DNA from: a virus | Taxonomy: Duplodnaviria > Caudoviricetes | Virus record (IMG/VR): IMGVR_UViG_3300035228_000496 | Location: 1 to 52,393 of that record | Reading direction: 5' to 3' (one strand) | DNA: 52,393 nt | Part shown: piece after piece, positions 10,301-19,376 of the stretch | Layout: each line of letters starts with the position of its first letter | Numbering within the stretch: position 1 is the stretch's first letter | Translations under genes and position numbers: made by a program | Notes under the pieces: model-generated | Seen by the model: only the letters and a program-made list of their open reading frames with translations | What the model was told of the DNA's origin: nothing | Database searches by the model: none

Positions 10301-13300
10301 CATTGGTACATCTGGTGAAGCATCATCAACATTAAACTATTCTAAAAATATTCCAACAAAACTATTCTATAATATAGAAAAGAGTGGATATATAAGCACT
10401 GCTGATAATAGTGTTAATAACTTTAGTGAAATTGAGTTTATTAATAGTCCATATAATGGCACTTATAATGTGTTTGGTATTGGATCAACTACATTCAAAT
10501 TCTCACCAATTAGACTACCTGATAATTTAACATATCTTAGTGAGGACTGTGAAAAACTAGAATACTCTACAAAGTCTTCTTCGGCAATTAATGGTGCAAT
10601 TGGAAAAATTAGTCTTGTTTCTGAAGGATTTAATTTTGATAGACTTCCTAAATTTAACGATGTTACCTCTACAGATGGTGTAAACGCTAACCTTGTCGCT
10701 ATTTCAACTTCTATAGGTAGAATCAAGAAAGTTAGATTTAGATCCATTGGTTATGATTATAGTGGAGATAATACATTAAGACCTGAAGCATCAGTTGCAC
10801 CAATCGTTGCAATTGATAATTTAGATATTATTCAAAATATTGAAATTGAATTTGGTGGTAAAAATTATCTTAGTGATCCTAAAGTAGTACTGTGGAATGA
10901 TACGGATAAGAAAATTGTTAATGATGATATGTTTGAAGCAACCGCACCATTTGGTGCAGTTGCAGAAATAAAGCAACTTGGTCCAATTTTTGGTCTCAAG
11001 TCCGAACCTCATAAGTTAATTGCAGTAAACAATTCTAATGGTGTTGGTATCAGTTCTATGATTACCAGTCAAGTTGGTGTTGCAACATGTACTCTTACTA
11101 CACCAATTCTTGGATTTACCACTTCACTATTTGCACCAGGTGATAATATCTTCGTTGAAGGTGTTCAGATGGAAACATCGGGTGATGGATATAACTCTGA
11201 AGATTATGAATATAAGTTCTTTAAAGTTATTGATTATATTGATAGTAGTCCTGCAATTCTAACTTTTAGTTTAGAAGGTAATGATGGAATTGGTTTTACA
11301 ACAAGTCCAGGTTTTGCTAAGATATTCCAGTCTGGATATGCAACTATTGTAAACAAGAAAAATTATCCAGTCATTAATATTGTCCAGGATAGATCGCCAT
11401 TTGTGATAAATGAGGGACTATCTATTGATGTTGGAACAGGATATTTCCCATCAGATCTAAAGGTCACTATGGTCAGAGATGACTATATTAAAGTTAATGG
11501 CAATTATGTCCTTAGAGCAGGATCAAAGATTAGAGGTGTTGTTAGTGGGACAATTGCAGATGTAACTGATGTTACTCGTAAGAGAGCTAAACTTAATATT
11601 GACTATGCATCTAGAGTTAATACTGGATGGCGTGATGATATTGGAAAAGTTAGTGAAGATTTTCAGGTAACATCGGATAATGATTATCATCAAAATCTAT
11701 CATACTCTGTTCAAAGTCCTATTACATGGGATGAATTCTCAAGTCCTGTCAATAGCGTAATTCATCCAGCAGGTATGAAGAACTTTGCTGATGTTGGTAT
11801 AACATCTTCTGCACCTGCTGTAGGTATTAAAACCACTTTACAATCGGTTGCTATTGTTGTTCTTGATATTATTAATGAACGTAGGGTTGATATTATCAAT
11901 AACTTTGATAATGCTGTTGACCTAGATCCTCTCAATAGTCAATTTGGTTCATTCTTACAGTCTAATCAATTGCAGATTGAAAATACTAAACTTGCAAGTT
12001 TCACTGAATGTAGAACAAATAGAGTCCTGATTCATGATGATATTAGTACTAAATTCTCCAGTAGAGGATTCCAAGATTTATTCTCTGAAATTGAAGTTAT
12101 TGGAGAATCTGAAAATCATTTAAGATATTTAATTCAGATTGTCGATCCAGATACTGACGCAGTTCAGTTGTCAGAATTGATCTATCAGTCTAATGGAGAT
12201 GGAACTAATACATTCCTCTTTGAAAAAAATACATCATTCTCTGATAGAAAATTAGGAAACTTCTCCACCAACATTGATTCTAAGGGAAGGAAGACCTTAA
12301 TCTTCACCCCAGTAGACCCATACAATACTGATCATGATATCAAGATTCTAAAGAGAAAATTCCAATTTGAATCATTGCCATCAGGAAATACTGGTTTTGG
12401 AACCGAATCTTTTGGTTCAATTAATCTGACGGGTTCATTTGTTTCTGGTATTACTAGTGTTGGTACTGCATCAAGCACTAAGACTATTGCCACATTTGAT
12501 GCTAACGATTTCAATGCTGCATTTGCATCTATTGAAATTATTGATGCATTGCATAGAGAAGATGCAAATTACGTTGAGGCAGTTATAGATTTTGATGGAT
12601 CGGATACTTACCTCAGCGAATACTACTTCGATACAACAACTCAATCTTATAGCGCGGTTCAAACTGGTGTATTGAATGCTGAGTATGATTCTTCTGCTAA
12701 TGTAATCTCACTGACAGCAAGTAATACTGGCATCTCTACAACAATATCATATGATGTACGCTCCAACATTGTTGGATTTGGAACCACCGCTTCAGGTATT
12801 GGAACTTATAGATTCTTAGTCAATAGACAACCTGCTGGAACTGAAATTAGTGCTCGTTTAGAATCTACCAACAACGTAGGAACATCTACGATTAGAGTAG
12901 CACAATTTGACATTGAATCTATATCATCTTCTGCATCAATAGTTCGTGTTGCTGCAGGTCAATCATCTGCAGTTCATCAGGTTGCAATTCTTGCTAATGA
13001 TGAAGAAAACTTCACAACAGTTGTTCCTGGACCATTTGCACCTGTCAATAACACAACTGGTCTTGGTACATTTAGTGGTGAAGTAAGTGGAACTAATTTC
13101 TATCTTAACTTCCACCCAGATGCTGGATATCAAGATGTAGAGACTCAAGCACTTAATGAAGTCTTCTATAGAGATATGGACTTTGATAATCAAACAAGAC
13201 CTCTTGAGTATGGTCCGATTGATCAGAATCTTTTATTGACAGCATATGATGGTCTAAATGGTCTCAGAGCAAACAGAACAAGTTTTGATATAACTCACGA

Positions 13301-16300
13301 AGGTAAACCCATTTATGTCAAGAAATTTGATCCTAACATTACTAGTGGGAATCCTGCATCAGAAACAATCGTAAATTACACCACTGGTGTAATTCAAATG
13401 AAGGATCACTTTTTTAATACTGGTGAAGAATTGATTTATACTCCAGTATCTACTTTCACTGGTATTGGTGCATCTGCTATGGGTATCGGTCAGACTGCCA
13501 ATTACCTTGGCATTGTTACTGACAGACTTCCTGAGAGAGTCTATTCAATTCCTCTTACTCCAAATACATTTAAATTGGCGACTAGAGAGGAATATGCAAG
13601 AGCAGGAATCTTTGTAACATTTACTGATGCTGGTCTTGGAAATTCTCATGAACTTGAATTTACTAAGAAACTTACTAAAACTGTTATTGGTCTTGATGGT
13701 ATTGTTCAGCAACCAATCAACTTCACACCTATTGCTCACACACTTCTTCATAATAGTGGATCAATTAGTGTTGGAATTAATACCTTCAATCTTTCTGGTA
13801 TTGCTTCAGTTCAATCAAGAGATCTAATCAGAATTGATGATGAGTACATGAAGGTTATTGAAGTTGGATTTAGTACTAATGCTGGAGGACAACTTTTAGG
13901 ACCCATCAATGGAGTTATTGCAGCAGGTGCTGGAGCAACATTCTCAACTGTATCGGTTGAAAGAGGAGTAGTTGGATCTAGTGTAACATCACACACTGAT
14001 GGCACTGAAGCAAGAATCTATAGAGGATCTATTAATATTGTTAAAAATAAGGTTCACTTTATTGATCCACCTAAGGGAAATTCTAGAGCAAGAAGAAATG
14101 AGTCCAATCTTCCATATGTAACTGCAGAGTTTTCGGGAAGAACATTCTTAAGGCAAGATTATTCCAGCAATATGATCTTTGATGATATCTCTGATTCTTT
14201 CACAGGTATTGCTAAAACATATACTAATAAGATTAGTGGTATTAATACTGTTGGTATTGAACCAGGTAATGGCATTCTCTTTATTAACGGAGTATTCCAA
14301 ACTCCAACAACTGAAAACAATGTTGGTCAAAATTATATTTTCCAAAATGATAGTACCAATGGAATTTCAAGTGTTGTCTTTACTGGCATTACTTCAACTG
14401 ATGGTAGTCAGATTGAGTCTGAGTTTGATATAAACCAGAATCAGATTCCAAGAGGTGGTTTAGTAGTATCTCTTGGTTCTACTCCAGGTCTTGGGTATGC
14501 ACCACTTGTCGGAGCACAGGTTATTGCTAAAAAGAATAGTTCTGGTGAATTAACAGAGATTGTTGGTATCAATACTTATCTCAATCCAGTTGCAATCAGC
14601 ACTGCAGATTATGATAGAAATTCAGGAATTATGGAGATTGAAACCTCCAGTTCACATTATCTGAAAGGAGGTGATAGTGTAAGACTCATCGGTCTTGGAT
14701 TTACTTGTACTCTTGGATCGAGTACTTATACATATCCAGATCATAATCGCCCATTAGAAATCTTTAATATAATTGATAGGACTAAACTCAATGTTGTAGT
14801 TGGTCCAAGTACAGTTGATCATTTCTATGTTGGTGGTGGAACTATAAATGAGCACTTCAAGTGTAATACTGGATCTGGATACAGAAATCCAATTGCTATT
14901 GGAGTTACTGATATTGAATATGAGCATAGATTCTCAAGAGCACTGATAAACGGAGTAACCGATAATACTAGTGCAACACATACAGTAACAGATGCATCAT
15001 ATATTCCACATACTGGTGTCTTACAACTCACAATTGATGATCATGGATTAACTACATCTAATACAGTTTCAATTGGCAATAGTAGTATTTTCTTCAGATG
15101 TGAAGATGATAGTTTCTTCACTGAACAACCATATCCAAGACCATCTGATCCTGCTTCAGGCGTAAGCATCCCAATTACAGCGGTTACAAGCGATACTATT
15201 ACCGTAAACGTTGGTAAAGGTGGTGGAGGAGGAAATGGTGCAGTTATCTCGGCACAGGTTGGTGCTGGTGGCACGCTTGCATTCTCAATTGATAATGCTG
15301 GAACGGGATATATCAATCCACAAATTATTGTACCAGAACCAAATTATGAAAATATGTCCATTGTGGGTGTTTCTAGACTTGGAATTGGTGCAACTACTGA
15401 TTGTGGCAAAAATCTTTTAGTTAATCTTGAAATTGCACAAACAACCGAAAACAAAACTGGTGATAGGTTCTTTGACGCATCAAATCTAATTGAAGCAAAT
15501 GTTGACTTCATCTCTGAAATTGCTTATGGAAGAATGTTGGCACAATTCCCATCGTATACTCCTCCATCAGGAACAACATCTCGCGATTGTAAGGATGATA
15601 TTGTTGATGTCCTTGAGGCAATGGCATATAACCTTAAGTTTGGTGGAAATGACCTTACAGTAGATGCTGCTAATCTTTATATTACTGGGGCACATGTTCA
15701 GGGTGAGGAAGATCAAACAATCTACGCATTTGGTCAAGCAAAAGAGATGGCAGTTCAAGCCATGAGAAATGAAACCATCACAACTGGTGGTCATACAGCA
15801 CTTACACAATTTAAAGATGTTACTATCACTATTGATTCTAACAATCCAACTTGTGCAAATGTTGCTTCAGCAATCCACACTCTTGTTGGTATTGTTACAC
15901 AAGCAGTTGATCCTAATATTGGAACTGTTCCAACCAGAACAATTGCACCTGGAGCATTGTATAATGTTTCCAACTTCAAAGTTGTTAGAAATGGTTATGC
16001 ATTTGCACCTGGTGATGTTGTTAAAGTTGTTGGTCTTGTAACTGCTAAAGGATTTACTGAACCAATAGAAGACTTCAAGATTGAAATTACTCAAACTTTC
16101 AATGATTTCTTCTCAGCATGGTCATTCGGTGAAATGGATTATATTGATAGCATCGCTGCATATCAAGATGGAACTAGAACCAGATTCCCAATTTACTATG
16201 AAAATAATCTGCTAAGTTTTGAACTTGATCCTGCAAGTGATCTTTCTAGTGCAATCAATCTTGATGCAGTCTTGATTATTTTCATCAATGGTGTTATTCA

Positions 16301-17762
16301 GACTCCTGGATATTCATATTCATTTGATGGTGGCACATCATTCATCTTCTCAAGACCACCTAGAATCAACGATAGAGTTGATATTTTCTTCTATGTTGGT
16401 ACACAAGGAGTTGATGTTGGTATAACAACCGTTAAAGAATCACTTAAAGTTGGTGATGATCTATTTGTTAGAAAGCATCCTGACTTTGCATCTACTGTTG
16501 ATCATCTCTCTAATAGAACTATCAGAGAGATTGTTGGATCTGATACTCTAGAAACTCCAACATATATTGGTCCAGGTATTGATTCAAATACCTTCAGACC
16601 ATTTGATTGGATTAAACAAAAGAATGATAAGTTTATTAATGGAGATATTGTTCCAAAGACAAGACCCATTCTGGAACCACTAATCTTCCCAACTGCTAAG
16701 GTTATTGGAAATATTGAAACTGATTCTACTGAGATCTTTGTAGATAATGCACAGTTCTTTGACTTTGATGAAATTGCATATGGTTATAAGCAGAATACAT
16801 TTACATTTGATGCATTTATTGTTGAGGGCGAAGCAGATCCACAAGCTGCTGAATTCTCAGTATCAGTTTCTGCTGGTGGAACAGTAAATGGAATCACAGT
16901 TACAAATCCTGGTCTTGGATATACTGGATCATCTCTACCAGTTGCAATCGCCGCACCTAAGCATATTGGCGTTGGTATTGGTACAACCGCAACGGCAACT
17001 GCAACAATTTCTGCTGGTGGAACAATTGCTTCTGTAACAATTACTGATCCTGGATTTGGATACACATCAACAAATCTACCCAATAGCATTATTGAAGTTC
17101 CATCTGCTACAACACAATCAGTATTCAACTCACTGAATGTACAAGGATTCGCTGGAATTATTACTGGTATTGCACCAGCAACAGGTTCTAACGGTGAAAC
17201 TGCTATTAAATTCATGTATAACGGATTTAGAGATTATCTCCGTGAGGGTGAAACAGATAATGCTTCAAATGTACAAGCATTGGTTGCAGGTTATCCAGTT
17301 TATATCTTTGACACTGTTCTTGGTGATGGTGTGACATCAATCTATAGTTCTGATAATGATGTTGTTGGAATTGGAACAACACACCTTGATAATATTTACA
17401 TTGTTGACTCTGCTACTAGTACAGGAACAGCACCTGGTGAGATTATCTGTAATGTTCATAGTGGTTCCAATCTTGCAGGTATCGCTGCAACTGGAAATTG
17501 GGATGATAATAATGCAGGTCTTACTACAGCACTTGGTTATATTTCTTGGGGTAGAATATATAACTTCAATGCAAGAGTAAATCCACTTGCTATAGGTGTT
17601 ACTGGATATACAACCAACTCTGGATTAACCACATTCCCAACTATCCAGAGAAGGGGTGACTTTGGTGAATTTAATACCGGAGCAGTTCTTGCTAACAAGC
17701 CACGCGCTTCAAATTCATCCAATGATCTTTACGTTGATAACAACTTAATCTTCTACCCCTGA
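4320..17762 (+). CDS. gp7: Giant baseplate wedge initiator gp7-like protein (4480 aa), multi-domain
   Basis: N-terminal IESQLPEF...FFKQYYISQE and FYQSKGIEES..ILFKVLYG; YHQNLSYSVQS..VIHPAGMKNF core motif; position between gp6 and gp8; many GxGY and HG[FY]xTGD modules. Confidence 0.85.
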   Translation: MSQFEKRVQLNKIIESQLPEFLVVDFPKAVEFFKQYYISQEFQGGNIDLIDNLDRYIKLDNLVPEVVIGKTTLSSAIDTDDDIITVTSTKGFPDEYGLLKINDEIITYTGKTQTTFTGCIRGFNGITGYDDTTISNFSNVNRQSVIFEDTEAESHETGETIQNLSALFLQEFYKKLKRTFTPGLEEETFVEGLNVGNFIKHARSFYQSKGIEESVIILFKVLYGVKAKVIDLENRLIKPSSAEYIRREQVAAEVLSGNPFKLEGQTVYRSNDLETNAAVSEVEIFTRDNETFYNIGLFVGYNDRDLIEGKFDITPFTRSLEDRSPTDTIITVDSTIGFAQTGYIVANNNVIYYSSKSVNQFFGCTGISTTVGIGTLIDKTSGIRSNETIFGYEDGDITKPVHFRITGVLKNFEAIDDIPLMEEDEVIAVKNVGEIINNPTQDKTYKEIFANSWIYNTSTRFSIDEINGATFTLKTNIDKSQLKKGDTVEVLIGDSNNRATQNLGIVDSVNNTTQEVVLSGLTNFTSNPNLTYSIRRLLVKADTFGVELKDGRNKYLSNVLNVYTDDKSPFGYIASNSLPGYSIQDQIVESSIPDGTVNNLGGFSSFFKNYSTIKFPQDVKFIDGDQIRYTADNQLSGLVSGDYYYIKKITNSEIKLYISLSLLQDDMTGNDYVRFGPNTNTTGTHNFTLTRHEDRVLSPNSILRKFSLFPPQSLPVDDNRGLGNIGTLIDGTEISSPESTDSVHYGPLESFDVLNGGKDYDVLNPPGITLTTVNATGSGAKVEPTIIGSVKQVFVNPQPFDIDSVESISIKGGNGSGAVLQPVVGARFREVEFDSRPLSLGGGVDVINEIIRFREPHFLTNGEVIIYNQNGNTPIALGPAYDGNQTVEGALVSGDEYVIRVINTSSIKLFKTAGEALSGVAGINTLGLAVPAGTAGIHKFRTVSKKNLRQIKVLESGSGYTHRKLRVKNVGFSTEYNTVSFENHGFKTGDIINYTYSTFSGVSTTTDLSVVGLSSDTQYHLHKLDDDKFKLIDVGIGATITENIDRKKFVDIVGFTTDALNLQGGYQIFQYPPVEVEVNVSYANTTGGTFTITPLITGEIVDAYLYETGSGYGSETLNLHTKPLVDVSEGKGSQLSPIITNGRIQAIQILNKGSGYLSLPELIVEDTSAIPGTGAILKPIINNGQLTDVVVLNGGIGYSSNSTRILVKSRGYGAKFDTRVRKLHVNDAFRFAESSRSNPNVKIFSNLYKNRKTDNLVYGIFGYSQDLGSNFEEFNGAHSPIIGWAYDGNPIYGPFGYIDPVDIQSGVRIINPSYELQSNRVIDRPVGLSAGFFIDDYQYTGSGDLDRHNGRYCRTPEFPNGVYAYFVGVTTSNVTGELEPLYPYVIGDTYNSQVLTENFSLDQSFDFNNSNLVRNTLPYNVSKVGANYDFLNESYEKYQQLGIVNAVSQGVIDEIGVIDGGEGYQIDDTVNFNLTESGGSGLRGSVSELIGIGVTLITTTKESFEGSILEWDNDRQVSAYNLDKGLGFPFNDKDTVLVSGLSTSLAALNSTFQVGIKSETVGLAGTMVPYTSTPGGRYEDIFTSKKFSTVSVGSTLVVSSEFGNEILTVLNNYNNGVLRVHRFGTAGFGHTIGSELRLQPNRITLPVKTKEFKSDRINKVFFNALHSVGIGTTTGGSTQKTFTIGNVSETVSIPFNQIYIPGHPFKTGERVILRRSNKPGVNSILAGEDNTPNNNFFIPNTTTLESELYIINKGPNYIGLVTTVGLTTSGYGLYFHTSGSDDAQYSLENSKTQVTADIDRLVTQVSCAATHGLINNDKIKVNVVPKGTVGIGTSTHVTVKFNENSKKLLINPIGITSSDISTVTNQITINNHGYKTGDKVYYESSEVAIGLHTGSYYVIEDTRSKFRLAETLYDSNPDNETSVNIVGTGDTHHTFSLVNPRIEVIKNNSLKFDLSDESLDGYKFNIYTDSDFINEYISSYDSRQFNVVGFGTVGIGTSGEASSTLNYSKNIPTKLFYNIEKSGYISTADNSVNNFSEIEFINSPYNGTYNVFGIGSTTFKFSPIRLPDNLTYLSEDCEKLEYSTKSSSAINGAIGKISLVSEGFNFDRLPKFNDVTSTDGVNANLVAISTSIGRIKKVRFRSIGYDYSGDNTLRPEASVAPIVAIDNLDIIQNIEIEFGGKNYLSDPKVVLWNDTDKKIVNDDMFEATAPFGAVAEIKQLGPIFGLKSEPHKLIAVNNSNGVGISSMITSQVGVATCTLTTPILGFTTSLFAPGDNIFVEGVQMETSGDGYNSEDYEYKFFKVIDYIDSSPAILTFSLEGNDGIGFTTSPGFAKIFQSGYATIVNKKNYPVINIVQDRSPFVINEGLSIDVGTGYFPSDLKVTMVRDDYIKVNGNYVLRAGSKIRGVVSGTIADVTDVTRKRAKLNIDYASRVNTGWRDDIGKVSEDFQVTSDNDYHQNLSYSVQSPITWDEFSSPVNSVIHPAGMKNFADVGITSSAPAVGIKTTLQSVAIVVLDIINERRVDIINNFDNAVDLDPLNSQFGSFLQSNQLQIENTKLASFTECRTNRVLIHDDISTKFSSRGFQDLFSEIEVIGESENHLRYLIQIVDPDTDAVQLSELIYQSNGDGTNTFLFEKNTSFSDRKLGNFSTNIDSKGRKTLIFTPVDPYNTDHDIKILKRKFQFESLPSGNTGFGTESFGSINLTGSFVSGITSVGTASSTKTIATFDANDFNAAFASIEIIDALHREDANYVEAVIDFDGSDTYLSEYYFDTTTQSYSAVQTGVLNAEYDSSANVISLTASNTGISTTISYDVRSNIVGFGTTASGIGTYRFLVNRQPAGTEISARLESTNNVGTSTIRVAQFDIESISSSASIVRVAAGQSSAVHQVAILANDEENFTTVVPGPFAPVNNTTGLGTFSGEVSGTNFYLNFHPDAGYQDVETQALNEVFYRDMDFDNQTRPLEYGPIDQNLLLTAYDGLNGLRANRTSFDITHEGKPIYVKKFDPNITSGNPASETIVNYTTGVIQMKDHFFNTGEELIYTPVSTFTGIGASAMGIGQTANYLGIVTDRLPERVYSIPLTPNTFKLATREEYARAGIFVTFTDAGLGNSHELEFTKKLTKTVIGLDGIVQQPINFTPIAHTLLHNSGSISVGINTFNLSGIASVQSRDLIRIDDEYMKVIEVGFSTNAGGQLLGPINGVIAAGAGATFSTVSVERGVVGSSVTSHTDGTEARIYRGSINIVKNKVHFIDPPKGNSRARRNESNLPYVTAEFSGRTFLRQDYSSNMIFDDISDSFTGIAKTYTNKISGINTVGIEPGNGILFINGVFQTPTTENNVGQNYIFQNDSTNGISSVVFTGITSTDGSQIESEFDINQNQIPRGGLVVSLGSTPGLGYAPLVGAQVIAKKNSSGELTEIVGINTYLNPVAISTADYDRNSGIMEIETSSSHYLKGGDSVRLIGLGFTCTLGSSTYTYPDHNRPLEIFNIIDRTKLNVVVGPSTVDHFYVGGGTINEHFKCNTGSGYRNPIAIGVTDIEYEHRFSRALINGVTDNTSATHTVTDASYIPHTGVLQLTIDDHGLTTSNTVSIGNSSIFFRCEDDSFFTEQPYPRPSDPASGVSIPITAVTSDTITVNVGKGGGGGNGAVISAQVGAGGTLAFSIDNAGTGYINPQIIVPEPNYENMSIVGVSRLGIGATTDCGKNLLVNLEIAQTTENKTGDRFFDASNLIEANVDFISEIAYGRMLAQFPSYTPPSGTTSRDCKDDIVDVLEAMAYNLKFGGNDLTVDAANLYITGAHVQGEEDQTIYAFGQAKEMAVQAMRNETITTGGHTALTQFKDVTITIDSNNPTCANVASAIHTLVGIVTQAVDPNIGTVPTRTIAPGALYNVSNFKVVRNGYAFAPGDVVKVVGLVTAKGFTEPIEDFKIEITQTFNDFFSAWSFGEMDYIDSIAAYQDGTRTRFPIYYENNLLSFELDPASDLSSAINLDAVLIIFINGVIQTPGYSYSFDGGTSFIFSRPPRINDRVDIFFYVGTQGVDVGITTVKESLKVGDDLFVRKHPDFASTVDHLSNRTIREIVGSDTLETPTYIGPGIDSNTFRPFDWIKQKNDKFINGDIVPKTRPILEPLIFPTAKVIGNIETDSTEIFVDNAQFFDFDEIAYGYKQNTFTFDAFIVEGEADPQAAEFSVSVSAGGTVNGITVTNPGLGYTGSSLPVAIAAPKHIGVGIGTTATATATISAGGTIASVTITDPGFGYTSTNLPNSIIEVPSATTQSVFNSLNVQGFAGIITGIAPATGSNGETAIKFMYNGFRDYLREGETDNASNVQALVAGYPVYIFDTVLGDGVTSIYSSDNDVVGIGTTHLDNIYIVDSATSTGTAPGEIICNVHSGSNLAGIAATGNWDDNNAGLTTALGYISWGRIYNFNARVNPLAIGVTGYTTNSGLTTFPTIQRRGDFGEFNTGAVLANKPRASNSSNDLYVDNNLIFYP

Positions 17763-17770
17763 TAACCCAA

Positions 17771-17778
17771 TATAAATA
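17771..17778 (+). promoter_or_regulatory. T4-type late promoter
   Basis: TATAAATA upstream of gp8. Confidence 0.8.
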
Positions 17779-17795
17779 TATAAAAAAAGATAACA

Positions 17796-19373
17796 ATGTC
17801 GGCACTTGTTACTGATCAATTTAGAATCCTGAATGCTAATAATTTCGTAGACTCTATTGAGGCTGATGGAAATTCTTACTATGTTCAGGTAGGTTTGCCC
17901 AATCCCGTTGGAACAACCTTTGGTAGGGATCAAACATGGAATACTTACCCACCAGCTCCTACTGATAACTTAGCGTATCAGAAGCATGTTGGTGATGTTT
18001 CTATGTTTGGTAAAAGAATTACAAAGACGAATGTTAGGAGACTAATCAAAAGAATTGATTGGGTTGCTGGAACACGATATGAAATTTATCGTCATGACTA
18101 CAGTGTTTCAAATCCATCCCCAATCTCAAATTCTTCCAGATTATTTGATTCTAACTTTTATGTAATGAACTCTGACTTCAGAGTTTATATCTGTATTGAC
18201 AATGGTGGTAGTGGTGCTAGAGGCACTGCAAACTTCAAGGGTAATGTATCACAAGATCAACCAACCTTCACGGATTTAGAACCATCTAGAGCAGGTGATA
18301 GTGGTGATGGATATATCTGGAAATATTTGTTCACAGTAAGTCCAAGTGATATCATTAAATTTGACTCTACCGATTACGTCACAGTTCCTAATGATTGGTT
18401 GACAACTAATGATGCACAAATTAGGGCAGTTAGAGAGGCAGGCGACTCTAGTATCAATGAAAATCAAATCAAAAAGATTTATATTGAAAATGGTGGTGGT
18501 AACTATGCCAATGGTCTTAATCAAGAGTTACCAATAATTGGTGATGGAACTGGTGGAATGGTACGAGTCAATGTTGTTAATGGTGTAATTACCGATTGTG
18601 TCGTTACATCTGGTGGAAAAGGATATTCTTATGCAATGGTAGATCTTGGTAGTATTAATTCAAGTGCTACAGGAAGTCTTGCAAAATTAATTCCAATCAT
18701 CCCACCAGCAAGAGGGCATGGATATAACATCTATTCTGAAATGGGAACCGATAAAGTCCTAGTTTACGCAAGATTTGATGGGGCAGATGATTTCCCAACA
18801 AATACCGTATTTTCACAGGTTTCTATTGTAAAGAATCCAACTTCTGTTGGAACTGCTAATACATATACTGAACCCACATACAGTTCTTTAGATTCATTCA
18901 AGTTTAATATTTTGCAAGGTGGTGTAACTGGTCAACCTAAAGTTGGTGAAAAAATTATACAAAATCTTGCTAATGGTAGTAAAGCAGTTGGATATGTTGC
19001 TTCTTGGGAAGATGAGACTAAGGTCTTAAAGTATTTCCAAGATAGATCACTATACTTTAATCGTACTACCAAGGATACCACAGACTATCCAGGAATTTCA
19101 ACTGAAGGTAGAAATTACTCTTTTGAATCATCATCAAATCAAATTACAGGTGAAACATCTGGATTTGCTGGATCCATTGATCAAAACTTTGCGGGTATCA
19201 CTACTAACCCAGTTGGAAACAAATTATATAATCTGGGAGTTAATTACGTTCAGGGGTTGTCAGTACCTGAAATAAATAAAGGTTCGGGGGAGATTATTTA
19301 CCTCGACAATAGGGCATCTATTGCTAGGAACCCACGCCAAAAAGAAGACATCAAAATTATACTGGAATTCTAA
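17796..19373 (+). CDS. gp8: Baseplate wedge subunit gp8
   Basis: MSALVTDQFRILNA, FYVMNSDFRVYICIDN, DGYIWKYLFTV, SGEIIYLDNR..QKEDIKIILEF. Confidence 0.95.
   Translation: MSALVTDQFRILNANNFVDSIEADGNSYYVQVGLPNPVGTTFGRDQTWNTYPPAPTDNLAYQKHVGDVSMFGKRITKTNVRRLIKRIDWVAGTRYEIYRHDYSVSNPSPISNSSRLFDSNFYVMNSDFRVYICIDNGGSGARGTANFKGNVSQDQPTFTDLEPSRAGDSGDGYIWKYLFTVSPSDIIKFDSTDYVTVPNDWLTTNDAQIRAVREAGDSSINENQIKKIYIENGGGNYANGLNQELPIIGDGTGGMVRVNVVNGVITDCVVTSGGKGYSYAMVDLGSINSSATGSLAKLIPIIPPARGHGYNIYSEMGTDKVLVYARFDGADDFPTNTVFSQVSIVKNPTSVGTANTYTEPTYSSLDSFKFNILQGGVTGQPKVGEKIIQNLANGSKAVGYVASWEDETKVLKYFQDRSLYFNRTTKDTTDYPGISTEGRNYSFESSSNQITGETSGFAGSIDQNFAGITTNPVGNKLYNLGVNYVQGLSVPEINKGSGEIIYLDNRASIARNPRQKEDIKIILEF
19271..19278 (+). 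promoter_or_regulatory. Late promoter embedded in gp8
   Basis: AATAAATA about 100 nt upstream of the next gene. Confidence 0.5.
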
Positions 19374-19376
19374 AAA

